A DNA stretch of 64,000 nucleotides from Alphaproteobacteria bacterium (lineage in GTDB: Bacteria > Pseudomonadota > Alphaproteobacteria > JAJTHO01 > CANGYM01): NCBI GenBank assembly GCA_044371315.1, contig JBILTX010000001.1, positions 1,907 through 65,906 of the forward strand. Direction: 5' to 3'. A program made the position numbers and the translations under genes. Every line of letters begins with the position of its first letter. The first letter of the stretch is position 1. The notes under the pieces were generated by a model, which did not search any database, was not told the DNA's origin, and worked only from the letters and a program-made list of their open reading frames with translations. Positions 16,335 through 27,158 of this stretch are shown here, one piece after another.

Positions 16335-17961
16335 AACGTTACAGCATTTCGATGCGCATATCACGCTGCCGGATTTTGAGGTTAGCCCCCTGCGGGCGCA
16401 TTTGATGCAATCTGCACTTCATCTATCCCCTTACCGTTGGATGTTAAAGCGGGGTAGCACGCAAGAAGTTGTCTGCTTTCCTCCCGATTTATGGGCCGGA
16501 GACCCTGAGGAAGGTCAGGCCCTTATCGACGGTGTGTACACTCTGCGTGGGCAACGTTTTCCTGTGACGGAAACCCCTTGGCGTCGTGGGGGCTTGCCTC
16601 TTGAGGCCTCTCATTTCCTTTGGCTGCGGGATCTTCACGCGGTGGGCGGGGATCAGGCGCGTCAAATAGCCCGCCGGTTGACCGAATCTTGGATTCAGGA
16701 TCATACTCGTGTATCCGGTCTTCCTTGGCAGCCGTATATTACGGCAGAGCGTTCCGTGTTGTGGTTGCAGCATTATTCCTTTTTTGCGGCAGGATCAGAG
16801 GAGGTTTTCCAAGAAAGCCTCAGTCAATCGTTGATCCTTCATCTTTATCGCTTGAGGGCTCATTATTATGCCCGTTATCCTGATGATGACCCCCTGTTGA
16901 TCATCAAAGCCATGATGTATATCACAGGCTGTCTTAAGGGGTATGAGACTTGGTTTGAAGAGTTAGAATCGTGCGTAGAGGATTACCTCTCCCATGCCAT
17001 CGATGAACGGTATGAACACCGCTGCAAGAGCCTTGCCCTGCAGCTGGAAACGGTCATTCATTTGCTGGACATTCGGCTCTTGTATCAAAGCAGAAAACAG
17101 AGTGCCCCTGCTTATCTTAGGGATATGCTCTGCCAAATGGGGGCGGTGCTTAAGAGGGCGCAGATGGGGGCCTTGCCTGCATTTCATATGACGCCACGCT
17201 ATGATCGCGCTTGGTTACAAAGTTTGCTGACCATGGCTGGACAGTCCTGTCAAGTGATGGTGCAGCCGTTTCAAGGTCGTGTGATGGGGTTGGAAAAAAT
17301 TGTTTGCAAGAATACCTGTGTTATTATGGACTGTCGATTGCCAGAAACGGGCCAGCGGTATCATGCCAGTCCACTGGCCTTTGAACTGGGTATTGGTAAA
17401 AATCTGCTGATTACCCACTGTGGTTATAGTGCCACGTTATCCCCAGAATGGAAAAAGGCCCTGCGGGGGACGGCGGCGCACAGCACGCTGTCCATGGATG
17501 ATGCGGATGCCTTTGATTATGGGATATCTGGGGAAAAAACGTTATCCCGCATTGAAACGGAGGTTTCAGAAGACGCGGGTCGTATGACGCTGAAAGCCCG
17601 TCACGATGGGTATTTTGGTCGTTTTGGGGTGTTGCATGAACGCACGTTGGTGCTTTCTCGCAATGGAGATCATTTAAGTGGGCACGATGGGCTCAAAGGG
17701 GCGCAAGGTCATGCGTTTTGTGTGCGTTTCCACCTGCCGCCCCACATTCGCCCCTTGCTGGAGGCCGGAAAAAACCGCGTCTATCTGGATGCCGTGAACC
17801 AAGACATTTGGACCCTGACCTGTCCTGCATGGCCCATTACGGTGGAAGAAAGTGTGTTCATCGATACCGAAGGGGCCATCCGCCAAACGTCCCAAGTTGT
17901 GATTCGTGGCACCACAGGCGCCGGACAGACCGATATTCATTGGGTGCTGCAAAAGGCGTGA
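16327..17961 (+). CDS. heparinase II/III-like family protein (conserved next to rpe in alphaproteobacteria)
   Basis: 544 aa, start overlapping the rpe stop. The assignment rests on remembered gene context and overall similarity, not on a single motif. Confidence 0.45.
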   Translation: MVETLQHFDAHITLPDFEVSPLRAHLMQSALHLSPYRWMLKRGSTQEVVCFPPDLWAGDPEEGQALIDGVYTLRGQRFPVTETPWRRGGLPLEASHFLWLRDLHAVGGDQARQIARRLTESWIQDHTRVSGLPWQPYITAERSVLWLQHYSFFAAGSEEVFQESLSQSLILHLYRLRAHYYARYPDDDPLLIIKAMMYITGCLKGYETWFEELESCVEDYLSHAIDERYEHRCKSLALQLETVIHLLDIRLLYQSRKQSAPAYLRDMLCQMGAVLKRAQMGALPAFHMTPRYDRAWLQSLLTMAGQSCQVMVQPFQGRVMGLEKIVCKNTCVIMDCRLPETGQRYHASPLAFELGIGKNLLITHCGYSATLSPEWKKALRGTAAHSTLSMDDADAFDYGISGEKTLSRIETEVSEDAGRMTLKARHDGYFGRFGVLHERTLVLSRNGDHLSGHDGLKGAQGHAFCVRFHLPPHIRPLLEAGKNRVYLDAVNQDIWTLTCPAWPITVEESVFIDTEGAIRQTSQVVIRGTTGAGQTDIHWVLQKA

Positions 17962-17977
17962 AGGAGAATTATGTTGT

Positions 17978-18850
17978 TCACACAGGATCCTGATGCACCA
18001 TCACATCGGCGTGGGGGTATAGGGTTTCGAGTTTTTTTTCCAGTCCATCGGCGATGGCGTGGGCCTGAAACAGGGTTTGGTGACCGCTCAGGTCCAGATG
18101 AACCTGAATAAAAATTTTACTGCCCGATGCGCGGGTTTTCAGACGGTGATACCCTTCGACCCCCGGATATTCCGTGATAATCCTGATGATGTCGGCTTCT
18201 TGATCTGGCGGCAGGGCGTGGTCCATCAGGCGATGATACGCGGGCATAACAACATGCATCACCACATGCCACAAAACATACAGGGCAATCCCTATGCCCA
18301 ACAGACCGTCAACAGCCACCCATCCCGTGCGTGATGCGATCAAAATGGCGGCAATGACTCCTGCGTTGGTTAAAACGTCACTCAGATAATGCGCATGATC
18401 CGCCCGTAACAGAACCGATCGGGTCCTTTTCATCATCATTTGCTGATACACAACCAAACTGAGTGTGAAGGTGATGGAAATCCCCATAACGGCCAAGGCC
18501 CAAATGTCATTGTGCAGCGGGGTGGGGCGAATCAGTTGTTCCACCCCCTGCAGCAGAGCAAACACCGCAATGCCGCTGACAAAGGCCCCCTGAAGAAGGC
18601 CCATAATATCCTCGATGCTATGATGGCCAAAACGGTGATCATCATCGGCGGGTTTTGACGCATAGCCCGCTGCCAGCGCGTTGCCTAGGGACATCAGGGC
18701 ATCCATCAGAGAATCCAGCATAGAGGCAAAGACACTGGCGGATCCCGATATACTCCAAGCGGCAATTTTCAGGGCCACCAAAATTAAAGCCATCCCCATG
18801 GCTACAAAGCTGGCGCGGCGGGCAATATGGGTATGCTCAGACACACTCAT
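17978..18850 (-). CDS. cation diffusion facilitator family transporter
   Basis: Six TM helices, then a cytoplasmic domain with HSIEDIMGLLQGAFVSGIAVF and a C-terminal HQ-rich metal-binding region. Confidence 0.85.
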   Translation of the reverse strand: MSVSEHTHIARRASFVAMGMALILVALKIAAWSISGSASVFASMLDSLMDALMSLGNALAAGYASKPADDDHRFGHHSIEDIMGLLQGAFVSGIAVFALLQGVEQLIRPTPLHNDIWALAVMGISITFTLSLVVYQQMMMKRTRSVLLRADHAHYLSDVLTNAGVIAAILIASRTGWVAVDGLLGIGIALYVLWHVVMHVVMPAYHRLMDHALPPDQEADIIRIITEYPGVEGYHRLKTRASGSKIFIQVHLDLSGHQTLFQAHAIADGLEKKLETLYPHADVMVHQDPV

Positions 18851-19389
18851 AAAACATCATAGTACAAATAGGTGGCAAAAAGGGTTTTGACGCACCCACG
18901 CTTTTGAAGGCGTGTGTCTTGAACAGGGGGAAAGGTCGCCTTGCGTCGCAGAAGATCCTGCTTTGACCATAAACTTTCGGCAATAGGATCCTTAATGTTC
19001 ATGGCCTCATTCAGAGCTTGGCAGGGGGCTTTGGATAGGCCCTCTAAAAAGAAAACCAAATGTTCCCCCGCCCATCCCATTTGCCAATTTAAGGGGGGAT
19101 TGCCCTGAAAAACGGGGGGTGTTATGGGCCAAAGATCCTGATAAATCTTGGATAGACTGGTGGGATTTTGCCCATCCCACGATAGGTCTTTTTTGGCAAT
19201 CCCTAAAACGTTTGCATGATTCGCCATGTCCCGCAGCATTTCGGATTGTTGAAAAACGGCCGTGATGGGATTGTTTTTGGGGTTTTGCCCATGTTTTGTT
19301 AACATTATCAGGCCTAGGGCCGCTACCATAGTCGCCAGAAAAGCCCATAAAATTTTGATTTTTAAGGATTTTGAAAGGAGAGGCATCAC
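18847..19389 (-). CDS. hypothetical membrane-anchored protein
   Basis: One N-terminal TM helix and an otherwise soluble 150-aa domain. 4-bp overlap with the downstream CDF gene. Confidence 0.45.
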   Translation of the reverse strand: MMPLLSKSLKIKILWAFLATMVAALGLIMLTKHGQNPKNNPITAVFQQSEMLRDMANHANVLGIAKKDLSWDGQNPTSLSKIYQDLWPITPPVFQGNPPLNWQMGWAGEHLVFFLEGLSKAPCQALNEAMNIKDPIAESLWSKQDLLRRKATFPPVQDTRLQKRGCVKTLFATYLYYDVL

Positions 19390-20231
19390 AGATGTGCCCT
19401 TAAAACTTGAATCGCCGCAGAGACAAGGGGCCAGCGGTTCAGGGTATAAAAATGAAAATCCCGAACGCCGCGTTGATATAACGTCTCACACTGGCCAATC
19501 AGCAGATGGGCGGCCAGATGGTGGTTGGCAGGATCTTGGTCAAAATCTGAAAACCAACGTTCCACCCACAGGGGAATAGACGTTCCGCAAAATCCAGCAA
19601 AGGCCTTGGCTTGGGAAAAACTATGCATCGCCAGCAGTCCTGGCACGATGGGGATGGTGATGCCAGCGTTTTGCGCCGCGTCCACAAAACGACTGTACAC
19701 GTCCACATCAAAGAAAAACTGTGTGATGGCCTGTGTGGCGCCGGCATCCTGCTTGCGCTTTAAGATGTCAATATCTTGGGCAATTGAAGAGGATTCGGGG
19801 TGCTTTTCCGGATAGGCAGAAACCTTGATGTCAAAAGGATGTCGTTGCCGCAGACCCGCGATCAAATCGGTGGCATAGGCGTACCCTTCAGGATGGGGCG
19901 CATAATCCATGGTTTTTTCGGGCATATCACCGCGCAGCCCCACCAAAGAGCGCACGCCATGTTGCCAATAATCATCCGCAATGGTATGGATATCATCTTT
20001 GGAAAGCCCCACACAGGTCAGGTGCGGCGTGACATTCTTGGCCCCCCTGTTTATCATTTCCAGAACGATTTCCCGTGTTTTTTCCCGCGTGCTGCCCCCC
20101 GCGCCAAAAGTCACAGATACAAACTGAGGGTTTAGCGGCAGAAGGTTATCCACCGTTTCCCACAGCTGGGTGGTCTGGGTTTGGGTTTTCGGGGGGAAAA
20201 ACTCAAAAGAATAACGTAAAGACTCTGGCAT
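19386..20231 (-). CDS. metF: 5,10-methylenetetrahydrofolate reductase
   Basis: N-terminus SFEFFPPKT...VSVTFGAGGSTREKT and internal HLTCVG. Length is 281 aa. Confidence 0.9.
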   Translation of the reverse strand: MPESLRYSFEFFPPKTQTQTTQLWETVDNLLPLNPQFVSVTFGAGGSTREKTREIVLEMINRGAKNVTPHLTCVGLSKDDIHTIADDYWQHGVRSLVGLRGDMPEKTMDYAPHPEGYAYATDLIAGLRQRHPFDIKVSAYPEKHPESSSIAQDIDILKRKQDAGATQAITQFFFDVDVYSRFVDAAQNAGITIPIVPGLLAMHSFSQAKAFAGFCGTSIPLWVERWFSDFDQDPANHHLAAHLLIGQCETLYQRGVRDFHFYTLNRWPLVSAAIQVLRAHL

Positions 20232-20306
20232 GGGGCGTAGCGAAGTGTTAAGACATAATCTTTACCATACCCTTTCTTTGGATGCAAAGATCTATAGAGA
20301 CCCCCC

Positions 20307-21104
20307 ATGAAGCCGTTATCCTTGATTTTTTTCTTTTTCGTCGTTTGGGCGTGGCATCCTGCATTTGCGCAGACGTCCTCTGATCAAGCAGAATCATCGG
20401 ACGTTTGTCAGGACATGAACGCTTATGACCCGTGGGAGGGTTGGAATCGTCAGGTTTTTGCTTTTAACCTGTTTATGGACGATTATCTGATTAAACCGGT
20501 GGCCCAAGGGTATGATTTTATCCGCCCCGATTTTCTGAAAAAGCCCCTTAACAATTTTTATGATAACCTGCACGAGCCCCTTAATGTCTTGAATAATCTG
20601 CTGCAGGGGGAATGGAAGCGTGCGGGGGATTCGTGGGCCCGTTTTTTCGTCAATTCAACGTTTGGTCTTTTGGGATTTTTTGATGTGGCTGACGATGAAA
20701 ATGTTCAAGAAGCCCGCGAGGATTTTGGTCAAACCCTAGCGGTATGGGGTGTGGATCACGGGGCCTATTTCGTGATTCCTTTTTATAAACCCAGCACGGT
20801 GCGGGATGCCTTTGGGGAAATCGCCGTGGATGGTTTTCTTTTAACGCCATGGTATTACGTTGCCGACAATAACGACGCCATGGGCTGGTACTATGGTCGC
20901 CTTGCAGGTGAATTTTTAGAGGTTCGCGCTGATAATCTTAAAACATTCGATAATCTACGCAAAACAGCGGCGGATGATGATAGCTTTTATGCCCTAATGC
21001 GTTCTCTCTCTTGTCAAAAGCGTCAGGTTGAGATAAGTAATGGGAAGTTTCAGGAGAATCAATCGGCTGGTTTTGAGGAAGAATTTTTCGCAGATCAACC
21101 TTAA
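20307..21104 (+). CDS. mlaA: MlaA/VacJ family lipoprotein
   Basis: Signal peptide, then WEGWNRQVFAFN and NSTFGLLGFFDVA family motifs. Confidence 0.8.
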   Translation: MKPLSLIFFFFVVWAWHPAFAQTSSDQAESSDVCQDMNAYDPWEGWNRQVFAFNLFMDDYLIKPVAQGYDFIRPDFLKKPLNNFYDNLHEPLNVLNNLLQGEWKRAGDSWARFFVNSTFGLLGFFDVADDENVQEAREDFGQTLAVWGVDHGAYFVIPFYKPSTVRDAFGEIAVDGFLLTPWYYVADNNDAMGWYYGRLAGEFLEVRADNLKTFDNLRKTAADDDSFYALMRSLSCQKRQVEISNGKFQENQSAGFEEEFFADQP

Positions 21105-21110
21105 ATAATT

Positions 21111-21743
21111 TTGGATCGGGTATTTATCATGCGTTTTTTTGGGTTGGTTTTGGCGTTTTTGGTTTGCTTTGGTTCCGCGGCATGGGCACAGTCTTTTGAT
21201 AAAAAACCCAGTATGGATTATATCCAGGGGTTGGCGGAAAAAGTTGTCGTTATTGCCAAACAAAATAAAGATAAGGCCATTCAGGATGAGAATGTTGCAA
21301 AATTACTGAATGAAAATTTAGCTTATGAACGGATTGCCCGTTTTGTTTTGGGCAAACATTGGGCGAATGCCAACGAAAAAGAGAAAAAAGAGTTTGTTGA
21401 TCTTTATGCGAAATCCCTTCGTCTAGCCTATTCCCGTCAAATTTTGTCGGTGGATTTGAAAGATGTACAGGTTTATGATGCTCTTGTTGCGCCTCGGGGC
21501 CAGATGGTCACGGTCAAAACAAAGGTCGTGGATCCCGATTCAGGTCAACTTGTGGCGATTGACTGGCGGTTGTTTTCTTCTGCCGAAGGATACAAAATTC
21601 TGGATGTGCTCGTAGAGGGCATCAGTGTGGCGTCTTCTCAGCGTTCAGAATACGCCTCGATTATTCAACGAGGGGGGGGTAAAGTTGAGGCGGTTCTGGC
21701 CAAGTTGCGTCAGGATACCCAAGAACCTGTTCAAAATCCGTGA
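21111..21743 (+). CDS. mlaC: phospholipid-binding protein MlaC/Ttg2D family
   Basis: Signal peptide. ERIARFVLGKHWANANEKEKKEFVDLYAKSL is typical of the toluene-tolerance Ttg2D family. Confidence 0.75.
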   Translation: MDRVFIMRFFGLVLAFLVCFGSAAWAQSFDKKPSMDYIQGLAEKVVVIAKQNKDKAIQDENVAKLLNENLAYERIARFVLGKHWANANEKEKKEFVDLYAKSLRLAYSRQILSVDLKDVQVYDALVAPRGQMVTVKTKVVDPDSGQLVAIDWRLFSSAEGYKILDVLVEGISVASSQRSEYASIIQRGGGKVEAVLAKLRQDTQEPVQNP

Positions 21744-23605
21744 AGACTTTTAGCCTTCGCCGCCTTTCATATGCGGTGATTGTGGTTGTTTTTGTTTTTT
21801 TGATGGTCTGCTCAGGCTTTATTATTTTAAGCCTTAATAATTTAAGCGTCATGGCAGAGCATGCCCGTTTAGAAGCCGTCCCGAAAGCCCTAGATCGTCA
21901 CCAAAAAGCCAGGATTATTGAGCAAATGCGGGCGTTGTTGGATGTGATGCTGACTACGGGCGATTTAAAAAAAATTGACATGGTTAAGGGAAAATTGGTT
22001 TTTTTAAGCACGCATATGATGGATCGTTATCTTGATCCTTCTCTTCATGCTTTGATGAGGCATATTTCTGCGGAAACCCAACGTTTGGCATCAAAAGCAC
22101 GGACTATCGTAGCTAAAAACAATGAAATTTTTGATCAAAAACAGAAAATTGATGCGCAGATTGAAACCTTGCGTCCTTTTATAGAACAAACTCAGATTGA
22201 ATTGTGGTCAAAATTGCAGGTTCATTCTTCCCACGACAGGGAGGTATTTGTGCTTTATAAACGCATGGAAACATTGATGGGGACCTTTGACAAAATGGCT
22301 CTTTCTTTGGCCCAGCTGATGATTTTGCAAACGTCACAAGCTGTGGAAAATGAACAAAATCATTACCGCGCGATGGCAAGCTTGCTTCTTTATCTTAAGC
22401 CAAGATTGCCTAGCCTCAGTTATCAAAAAGAGCTCTACGCACTTATTGAACATTTTTCATCTGTGGAGTATTTGTTTGATTTAAAACAAGAAAATATTAG
22501 TTTTTTGGCCCAGCTTTCTAAAGAACATTTGTCCCTGAATCAGAATTTGTCTTCTTTGCAGAATCAATTGACCCAAACAGGTATTGATTTGGCCAAAAGG
22601 GTGACGGATTCTTTGGAATATCAAGCTCGTGAAGGATTTTTAGCCTCAATGATTGTTTTCCTTGTTTTGGGGGCTTTGTTTTTCTTGTTGGCGCTCATTT
22701 TGCTTTATGGGATTGTGAAACCTATGACGCGGGCCAGCTATGTTTTGCGGAATTTGCATGGGTGTGATCCCCAAAAGGATTTAATGCATTCCGATTTGGT
22801 TGAGATGGAATCCATTAATCAAGGGGTTATACAGTTGGCGTCTGCCATGAAGGCTACAGAGGAGGCTAACGCACGTTTAATCACCATGGCCCAACTGCAA
22901 AGCACCTTCACCGCCACCGTTTCCCATGAATTGCGCACCCCATTAACGTCCATCCGTGGCTTTTCGCATATCATTCAAAAAGATTTAAAAACCATTTTGC
23001 AAGATATACCATCATCAAAATATATATCCCGCATTGTCTCTAACGTAGAGATTATTCAGGCTGAAAGTGAACGTTTGAGCCTGTTGATTAATGATGTTTT
23101 GGATATGACCAGTCTTTCCTCTGGCCGCATGGTCTGGCGGGACGAATATACTCAACCGGCGGAGGTTATCCGTTACACCGTTGCGGCCATGAAGGGGCAG
23201 CGTCTTCAGCATACCCACATTTTACTGGAGCAGGATATTCAAAATCCCTTGCCAACCTTAAAGGTGGATCCTCATCGCCTGCAACAGGTTCTGATGAACT
23301 TGTTGCACAATGCATACAAATTTACGGAAAAGGGTCGCATTATATTGAAATGCTGGGCAAAAAATGATCGTGTTTATTTTTCCGTCCAAGATACGGGCAT
23401 GGGGATTCCCAAAGAAGACTTTGATAGAATTTTTGAACAATTTCAGCAAAGTGGGTCTTTGAAAGATAAGCCCCGTGGTACCGGTTTGGGATTGGCCATT
23501 TGTCGTCAAATTGTAGAACATTATGGTGGTTCGTTAACCGTGTCTTCTGAGGTCGGCAAAGGCAGTACCTTTACATTTTTTATTGGACATAATACCTCAG
23601 CATAG
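21740..23605 (+). CDS. membrane sensor histidine kinase
   Basis: N-terminal TM helix, long coiled sensor region, second TM helix, HisKA H-box SHELRTPLTSIRGF, and the N, G1 and G2 boxes of an HATPase_c domain. Confidence 0.85.
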   Translation: MKTFSLRRLSYAVIVVVFVFLMVCSGFIILSLNNLSVMAEHARLEAVPKALDRHQKARIIEQMRALLDVMLTTGDLKKIDMVKGKLVFLSTHMMDRYLDPSLHALMRHISAETQRLASKARTIVAKNNEIFDQKQKIDAQIETLRPFIEQTQIELWSKLQVHSSHDREVFVLYKRMETLMGTFDKMALSLAQLMILQTSQAVENEQNHYRAMASLLLYLKPRLPSLSYQKELYALIEHFSSVEYLFDLKQENISFLAQLSKEHLSLNQNLSSLQNQLTQTGIDLAKRVTDSLEYQAREGFLASMIVFLVLGALFFLLALILLYGIVKPMTRASYVLRNLHGCDPQKDLMHSDLVEMESINQGVIQLASAMKATEEANARLITMAQLQSTFTATVSHELRTPLTSIRGFSHIIQKDLKTILQDIPSSKYISRIVSNVEIIQAESERLSLLINDVLDMTSLSSGRMVWRDEYTQPAEVIRYTVAAMKGQRLQHTHILLEQDIQNPLPTLKVDPHRLQQVLMNLLHNAYKFTEKGRIILKCWAKNDRVYFSVQDTGMGIPKEDFDRIFEQFQQSGSLKDKPRGTGLGLAICRQIVEHYGGSLTVSSEVGKGSTFTFFIGHNTSA

Positions 23606-23643
23606 TTTATATTTATCTGATTTTTTATATAGGTGCCATTTGT

Positions 23644-24336
23644 ATGAATAAAACGCTGGAGGCCATTGATATCTTCTCTGGACTGTCTCCTGAAGACAGG
23701 AGCCGTATCGCTGCCCTCTGCCAGTGGAGGGTTTTTGAAAAAGATCAGTACATTCTGGACAAAGACGACCAAGAAACCGATGTTTATTTTATTATAGAGG
23801 GTGCTGTACGCATTTTGAATTATTCTTTGGCCGGACGCGAAGTCAGCTATGCAGATATTGGGGCGGGAGCCTGCTTTGGAGAACTGTCTGCCCTAGACAA
23901 ACAGCCCCGCTCGGCGGCTGTGATTGCCAAAACCACCACCCAAGTGGCTGTGCTCTCTGCCGCACAATTTGAAAAGATTCTTCGGGATTATCCCAGCATT
24001 GCCATGGCCTTGCTGAAAAAATTGGCCTCTTTTTTACGGTTTGCCTCGCTGCGTATTTTTGAGATGAGCACTCAGCAATCTCAAAATCGTGTAGCCTTGG
24101 AATTGTTGCGTTTGATGGAAGATTGTGGAGAAAAAGGTCTTAATCACGATGTTTCCGTGATTTTATCACCCGCCCCCAAGCAGATGGATTTGGCCAACCG
24201 TATTGGCACAACACGGGAAACTGTGGCCAGAGCCTTTCGGAAATTAACCGAAGAGGGGATTGTGGTCCGCGTCCCCAAGGGATTAAAAATTTTAAATCCA
24301 GAGGCTTTGCATGCCTTAGCGGAAAACATTGAATAG
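23644..24336 (+). CDS. Crp/Fnr-family transcriptional regulator
   Basis: cNMP-binding fold (GACFGELSALD...RSAAV) and a C-terminal HTH RETVARAFRKLTEEGIV. Confidence 0.85.
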   Translation: MNKTLEAIDIFSGLSPEDRSRIAALCQWRVFEKDQYILDKDDQETDVYFIIEGAVRILNYSLAGREVSYADIGAGACFGELSALDKQPRSAAVIAKTTTQVAVLSAAQFEKILRDYPSIAMALLKKLASFLRFASLRIFEMSTQQSQNRVALELLRLMEDCGEKGLNHDVSVILSPAPKQMDLANRIGTTRETVARAFRKLTEEGIVVRVPKGLKILNPEALHALAENIE

Positions 24337-24782
24337 CGGGCAGGGAACCTTTATACTTGTTTTAGGCTGGCGTGTGCGAGGTCCATCACGTTCCTCGGTC
24401 CATAATGTAAGAATGGGAGCTGTCCCTGTTTTGATCGTGGTCAAAGCACTACGGCGCCCCCCTGGTCATCGGCACCAGGCAACACGATGGCCACGGCACG
24501 CTGGCTCTTTTTTAAAACAAACTGTCGATTTCATGGCCACGACCGTTGTCGTCGTCGCCGACCTGAAAGGTGTCATCGCGCCAAGGCGGCGCATCTTTGC
24601 GCGTTTTGCGTTGAACGGCCTCTCTGTATGTCGCTTTGTGACTTTTTGCGGGAATGGCCCCTTTGATAACAGAAACCGGCACCACCAACGCAGGCGCGGG
24701 GGGAGGAATCGTAAACATATCCTTTATTATCCCCCCAAAAGGTTAACGAAAGGTCAATCAGACTATCCCCCCCTCTGGTCAT

Positions 24783-26108
24783 TTATTTTCGTTTATCATA
24801 AGGATTGTCCCGCGTGCGCAGGACAATGCGCAGGGGAATTGGACCCAACCCTAAATTATCAGCAAGGCTTTTTTTTAGGTAACGTAAATAATCCGCCGGA
24901 ACCTCCTCGCTGCGCGTTGTGAAGATCACGAACGTAGGGGGGCGGGTCGAGGCTTGCGTGGCGTATTTTAAACGGATGCGGCGACTTTTGATTACCGGCG
25001 GTGGGTGATGGGTGGTGGCATAGGTCAGCCATTGATTCAGAAGGGCCGTGGACACACGTTTGTTCCATAAATCATACAAAGCGCGGCTTTTTGCAAAAAG
25101 GTCGGAAACGCCCTGACCCTTTTGGGCCGAGAGGTAAACCACGGGCAAGTCTGCCACATCATGAAACAGCATGGGGGATTGTTTTTTGATATAATGGGTG
25201 ATCCGTTTTTTTTGATCCTCTGGCACCAAATCCCATTTGTTCAGGGCCAAAATCACGGGCCGTCCTTCTTCCAGTGCATCGGATACGATGGAAAGATCCT
25301 GTTTTTCAATTCCCTGAACGGCATCCACCACCACAATGGCGATATGACAAAAATCCATAGCATGCTTGGTTTCGTGGGCGGCTTTGTGTTCAATAACATC
25401 GCGGTGGGCCTTTTTTTTGCGCAGGCCCGCAGTGTCCGTAAGACGAAATGTATGCCCAGAAATAACCGTGGTCGCATGAATGGCATCCCGCGTCATTCCT
25501 GGCATTTCACTGGTCAAGGTTCGCTCGTACCCCAGCAAAGCATTGAGAAGTGTAGATTTACCGGCATTTGGCCGTCCCAAAAGCGCGATTTTTAGGGGGT
25601 CCTGACCTTTTTCTATGCCTTGGCTTTTCTCGGCATTTCTTTTAAGGATTTCTTCTTTTAACTCAGAAATACCATGCCCTGTGCGTGCTGATAAGAGGAT
25701 TGTAAGCTCAGCGTCATAAATGTCACCCCCAGTATTTTTTTGTATGTCTGACTTGTTTTTGACAATAAAAACAGGCTTTTGCTCCTTTTTGAGAAGCCGG
25801 AAGCAGCCCTTGTCTTCCTCGGAAATACCTTCGCCGGCATCGGTTAAAAAGACAACTAAGTCAGACTTAGAAATACCATTAAGCGTTGCTCGCATCATGT
25901 CCTTGGCCATAGACGTTTTGCCATAAAGATCGATGCCAGGGGTATCAATCAGGCAAACATCGTGTCCATCCCACGTTGTGTAAACGTCTTTCCAATCCCG
26001 CGTAACGCCAGGTTCATCATGAACGATGGCAACGGGCCGGCCCAAAAGACGGTTCAGAAGCGTGGATTTTCCCACATTGGGGCGTCCCACCAAGGCAACA
26101 GTGATCAT
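24783..26108 (-). CDS. der: ribosome-associated GTPase Der (EngA)
   Basis: Two tandem GTPase domains, each with a [10 protein letters not shown] / [11 protein letters not shown]-loop, and a KH-like C-terminus. Confidence 0.95.
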   Translation of the reverse strand: MITVALVGRPNVGKSTLLNRLLGRPVAIVHDEPGVTRDWKDVYTTWDGHDVCLIDTPGIDLYGKTSMAKDMMRATLNGISKSDLVVFLTDAGEGISEEDKGCFRLLKKEQKPVFIVKNKSDIQKNTGGDIYDAELTILLSARTGHGISELKEEILKRNAEKSQGIEKGQDPLKIALLGRPNAGKSTLLNALLGYERTLTSEMPGMTRDAIHATTVISGHTFRLTDTAGLRKKKAHRDVIEHKAAHETKHAMDFCHIAIVVVDAVQGIEKQDLSIVSDALEEGRPVILALNKWDLVPEDQKKRITHYIKKQSPMLFHDVADLPVVYLSAQKGQGVSDLFAKSRALYDLWNKRVSTALLNQWLTYATTHHPPPVIKSRRIRLKYATQASTRPPTFVIFTTRSEEVPADYLRYLKKSLADNLGLGPIPLRIVLRTRDNPYDKRK

Positions 26109-26129
26109 AAGGCATCATATCACAAAAAA

Positions 26130-26675
26130 TTAAGGAAGGATTCCCTTTAACAAAGGATTTTGCTCTTGATAGGCCACGGGCTCTCCATCACTCAGGGGTT
26201 TGTTTGCCTCTTTAAGTGTTTTTAATCGTGCGTATTCTTTTTTAGGCTCAATGATTGTGTTGGGTTTGGCTAAATTTAAGGGGTTGGTTAATACATCTTG
26301 GCTTTCCGCTTCATCGGTTTTCAATCGTTCGCGAATCATGGGATCCACCGCCGTTGTGCCGGTGGCTTTGTCTAGGAAAGCTTGGGCATTTCCCCCTGTT
26401 ATAGCAACAGCCTCGGAGGCGGCCTCTGTTGTTAGGGGGGTGCCCGTGATCACAGAGGCTCCGCGGCTTTGAGAGGAAGGGGTTGCGGTTGCCAAGCTTC
26501 CGGGGGAGGGAATGTGTTCAGGATTATGAACATCGCCGGGTACAGCCAAAGGCTCCCGCTTTAAAATGGCAAATTCATCAGGGGTGTTGCGGGCAATGCC
26601 CAGCATAGAGGCCCGATCCTCGCCTGCACAACCGGAGAGGCTCAGGGCTAAGACAGCGGCAAAAAACAGGCGCAT
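26130..26675 (-). CDS. hypothetical lipoprotein downstream of lspA
   Basis: The internal start MRLFFAAVLALSLSGC is a lipobox signal peptide. The start abuts the lspA stop. Confidence 0.5.
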   Translation of the reverse strand: MRLFFAAVLALSLSGCAGEDRASMLGIARNTPDEFAILKREPLAVPGDVHNPEHIPSPGSLATATPSSQSRGASVITGTPLTTEAASEAVAITGGNAQAFLDKATGTTAVDPMIRERLKTDEAESQDVLTNPLNLAKPNTIIEPKKEYARLKTLKEANKPLSDGEPVAYQEQNPLLKGILP

Positions 26676-26676
26676 A

Positions 26677-27158
26677 TCAAACCTTCTTCTTTGAAACGAT
26701 TTGACTATAAAGCAACATAAGCACGCCGACAACAATACAGCTGTCGGCCAAATTAAAAGCCGGCCAATGGTACGAGCCAACATAGAAATCCAAAAAATCA
26801 AAAACCGCGCCATACAAAATACGGTCCCGTATGTTGCCCACCGCACCCCCAATAATCAGCGACAGGGCCCAACGTTCCCGAGGCTGATCGTTTTTATACA
26901 ACCAGATCAGCAAACCCACCACAAAACCCCCTGTTATGCCCAGCAAAACAAAGGGGGGAAGGGCCTGAAACAGACCAAAACTGACGCCGGTATTCCAAAC
27001 AACATTCAGGTTGAATCCGTTAAAGATCGGATAAAAAGACGTATCGCGAGAAAAAAGAAAAGACATCACCGCTGTTTTCAGCCAGATATCCCCAAGGGCA
27101 ATCAGAAGGGCGACTCCCACGTGCCACCCAAACCGTTGAACATGCTGGCGGTGCATCA
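26677..27158 (-). CDS. lspA: lipoprotein signal peptidase II
   Basis: NTGVSFGLF and FNLADSCIVVG motifs. Four TM helices. The start overlaps the ileS stop (TGATG). Confidence 0.9.

Noticed and set aside
20232-20306. CTTTGgatgCAAAG palindrome as an FNR/FixK box in the metF-mlaA divergent region
   Set aside because: It does not match TTGAT-N4-ATCAA and the 5-bp arms are too short to call.
24329-24922. 197-aa plus-strand ORF that overlaps the 3' end of der
   Set aside because: The product is Arg-rich, it overlaps der antisense, and it lacks an RBS. It is probably a frame artefact.
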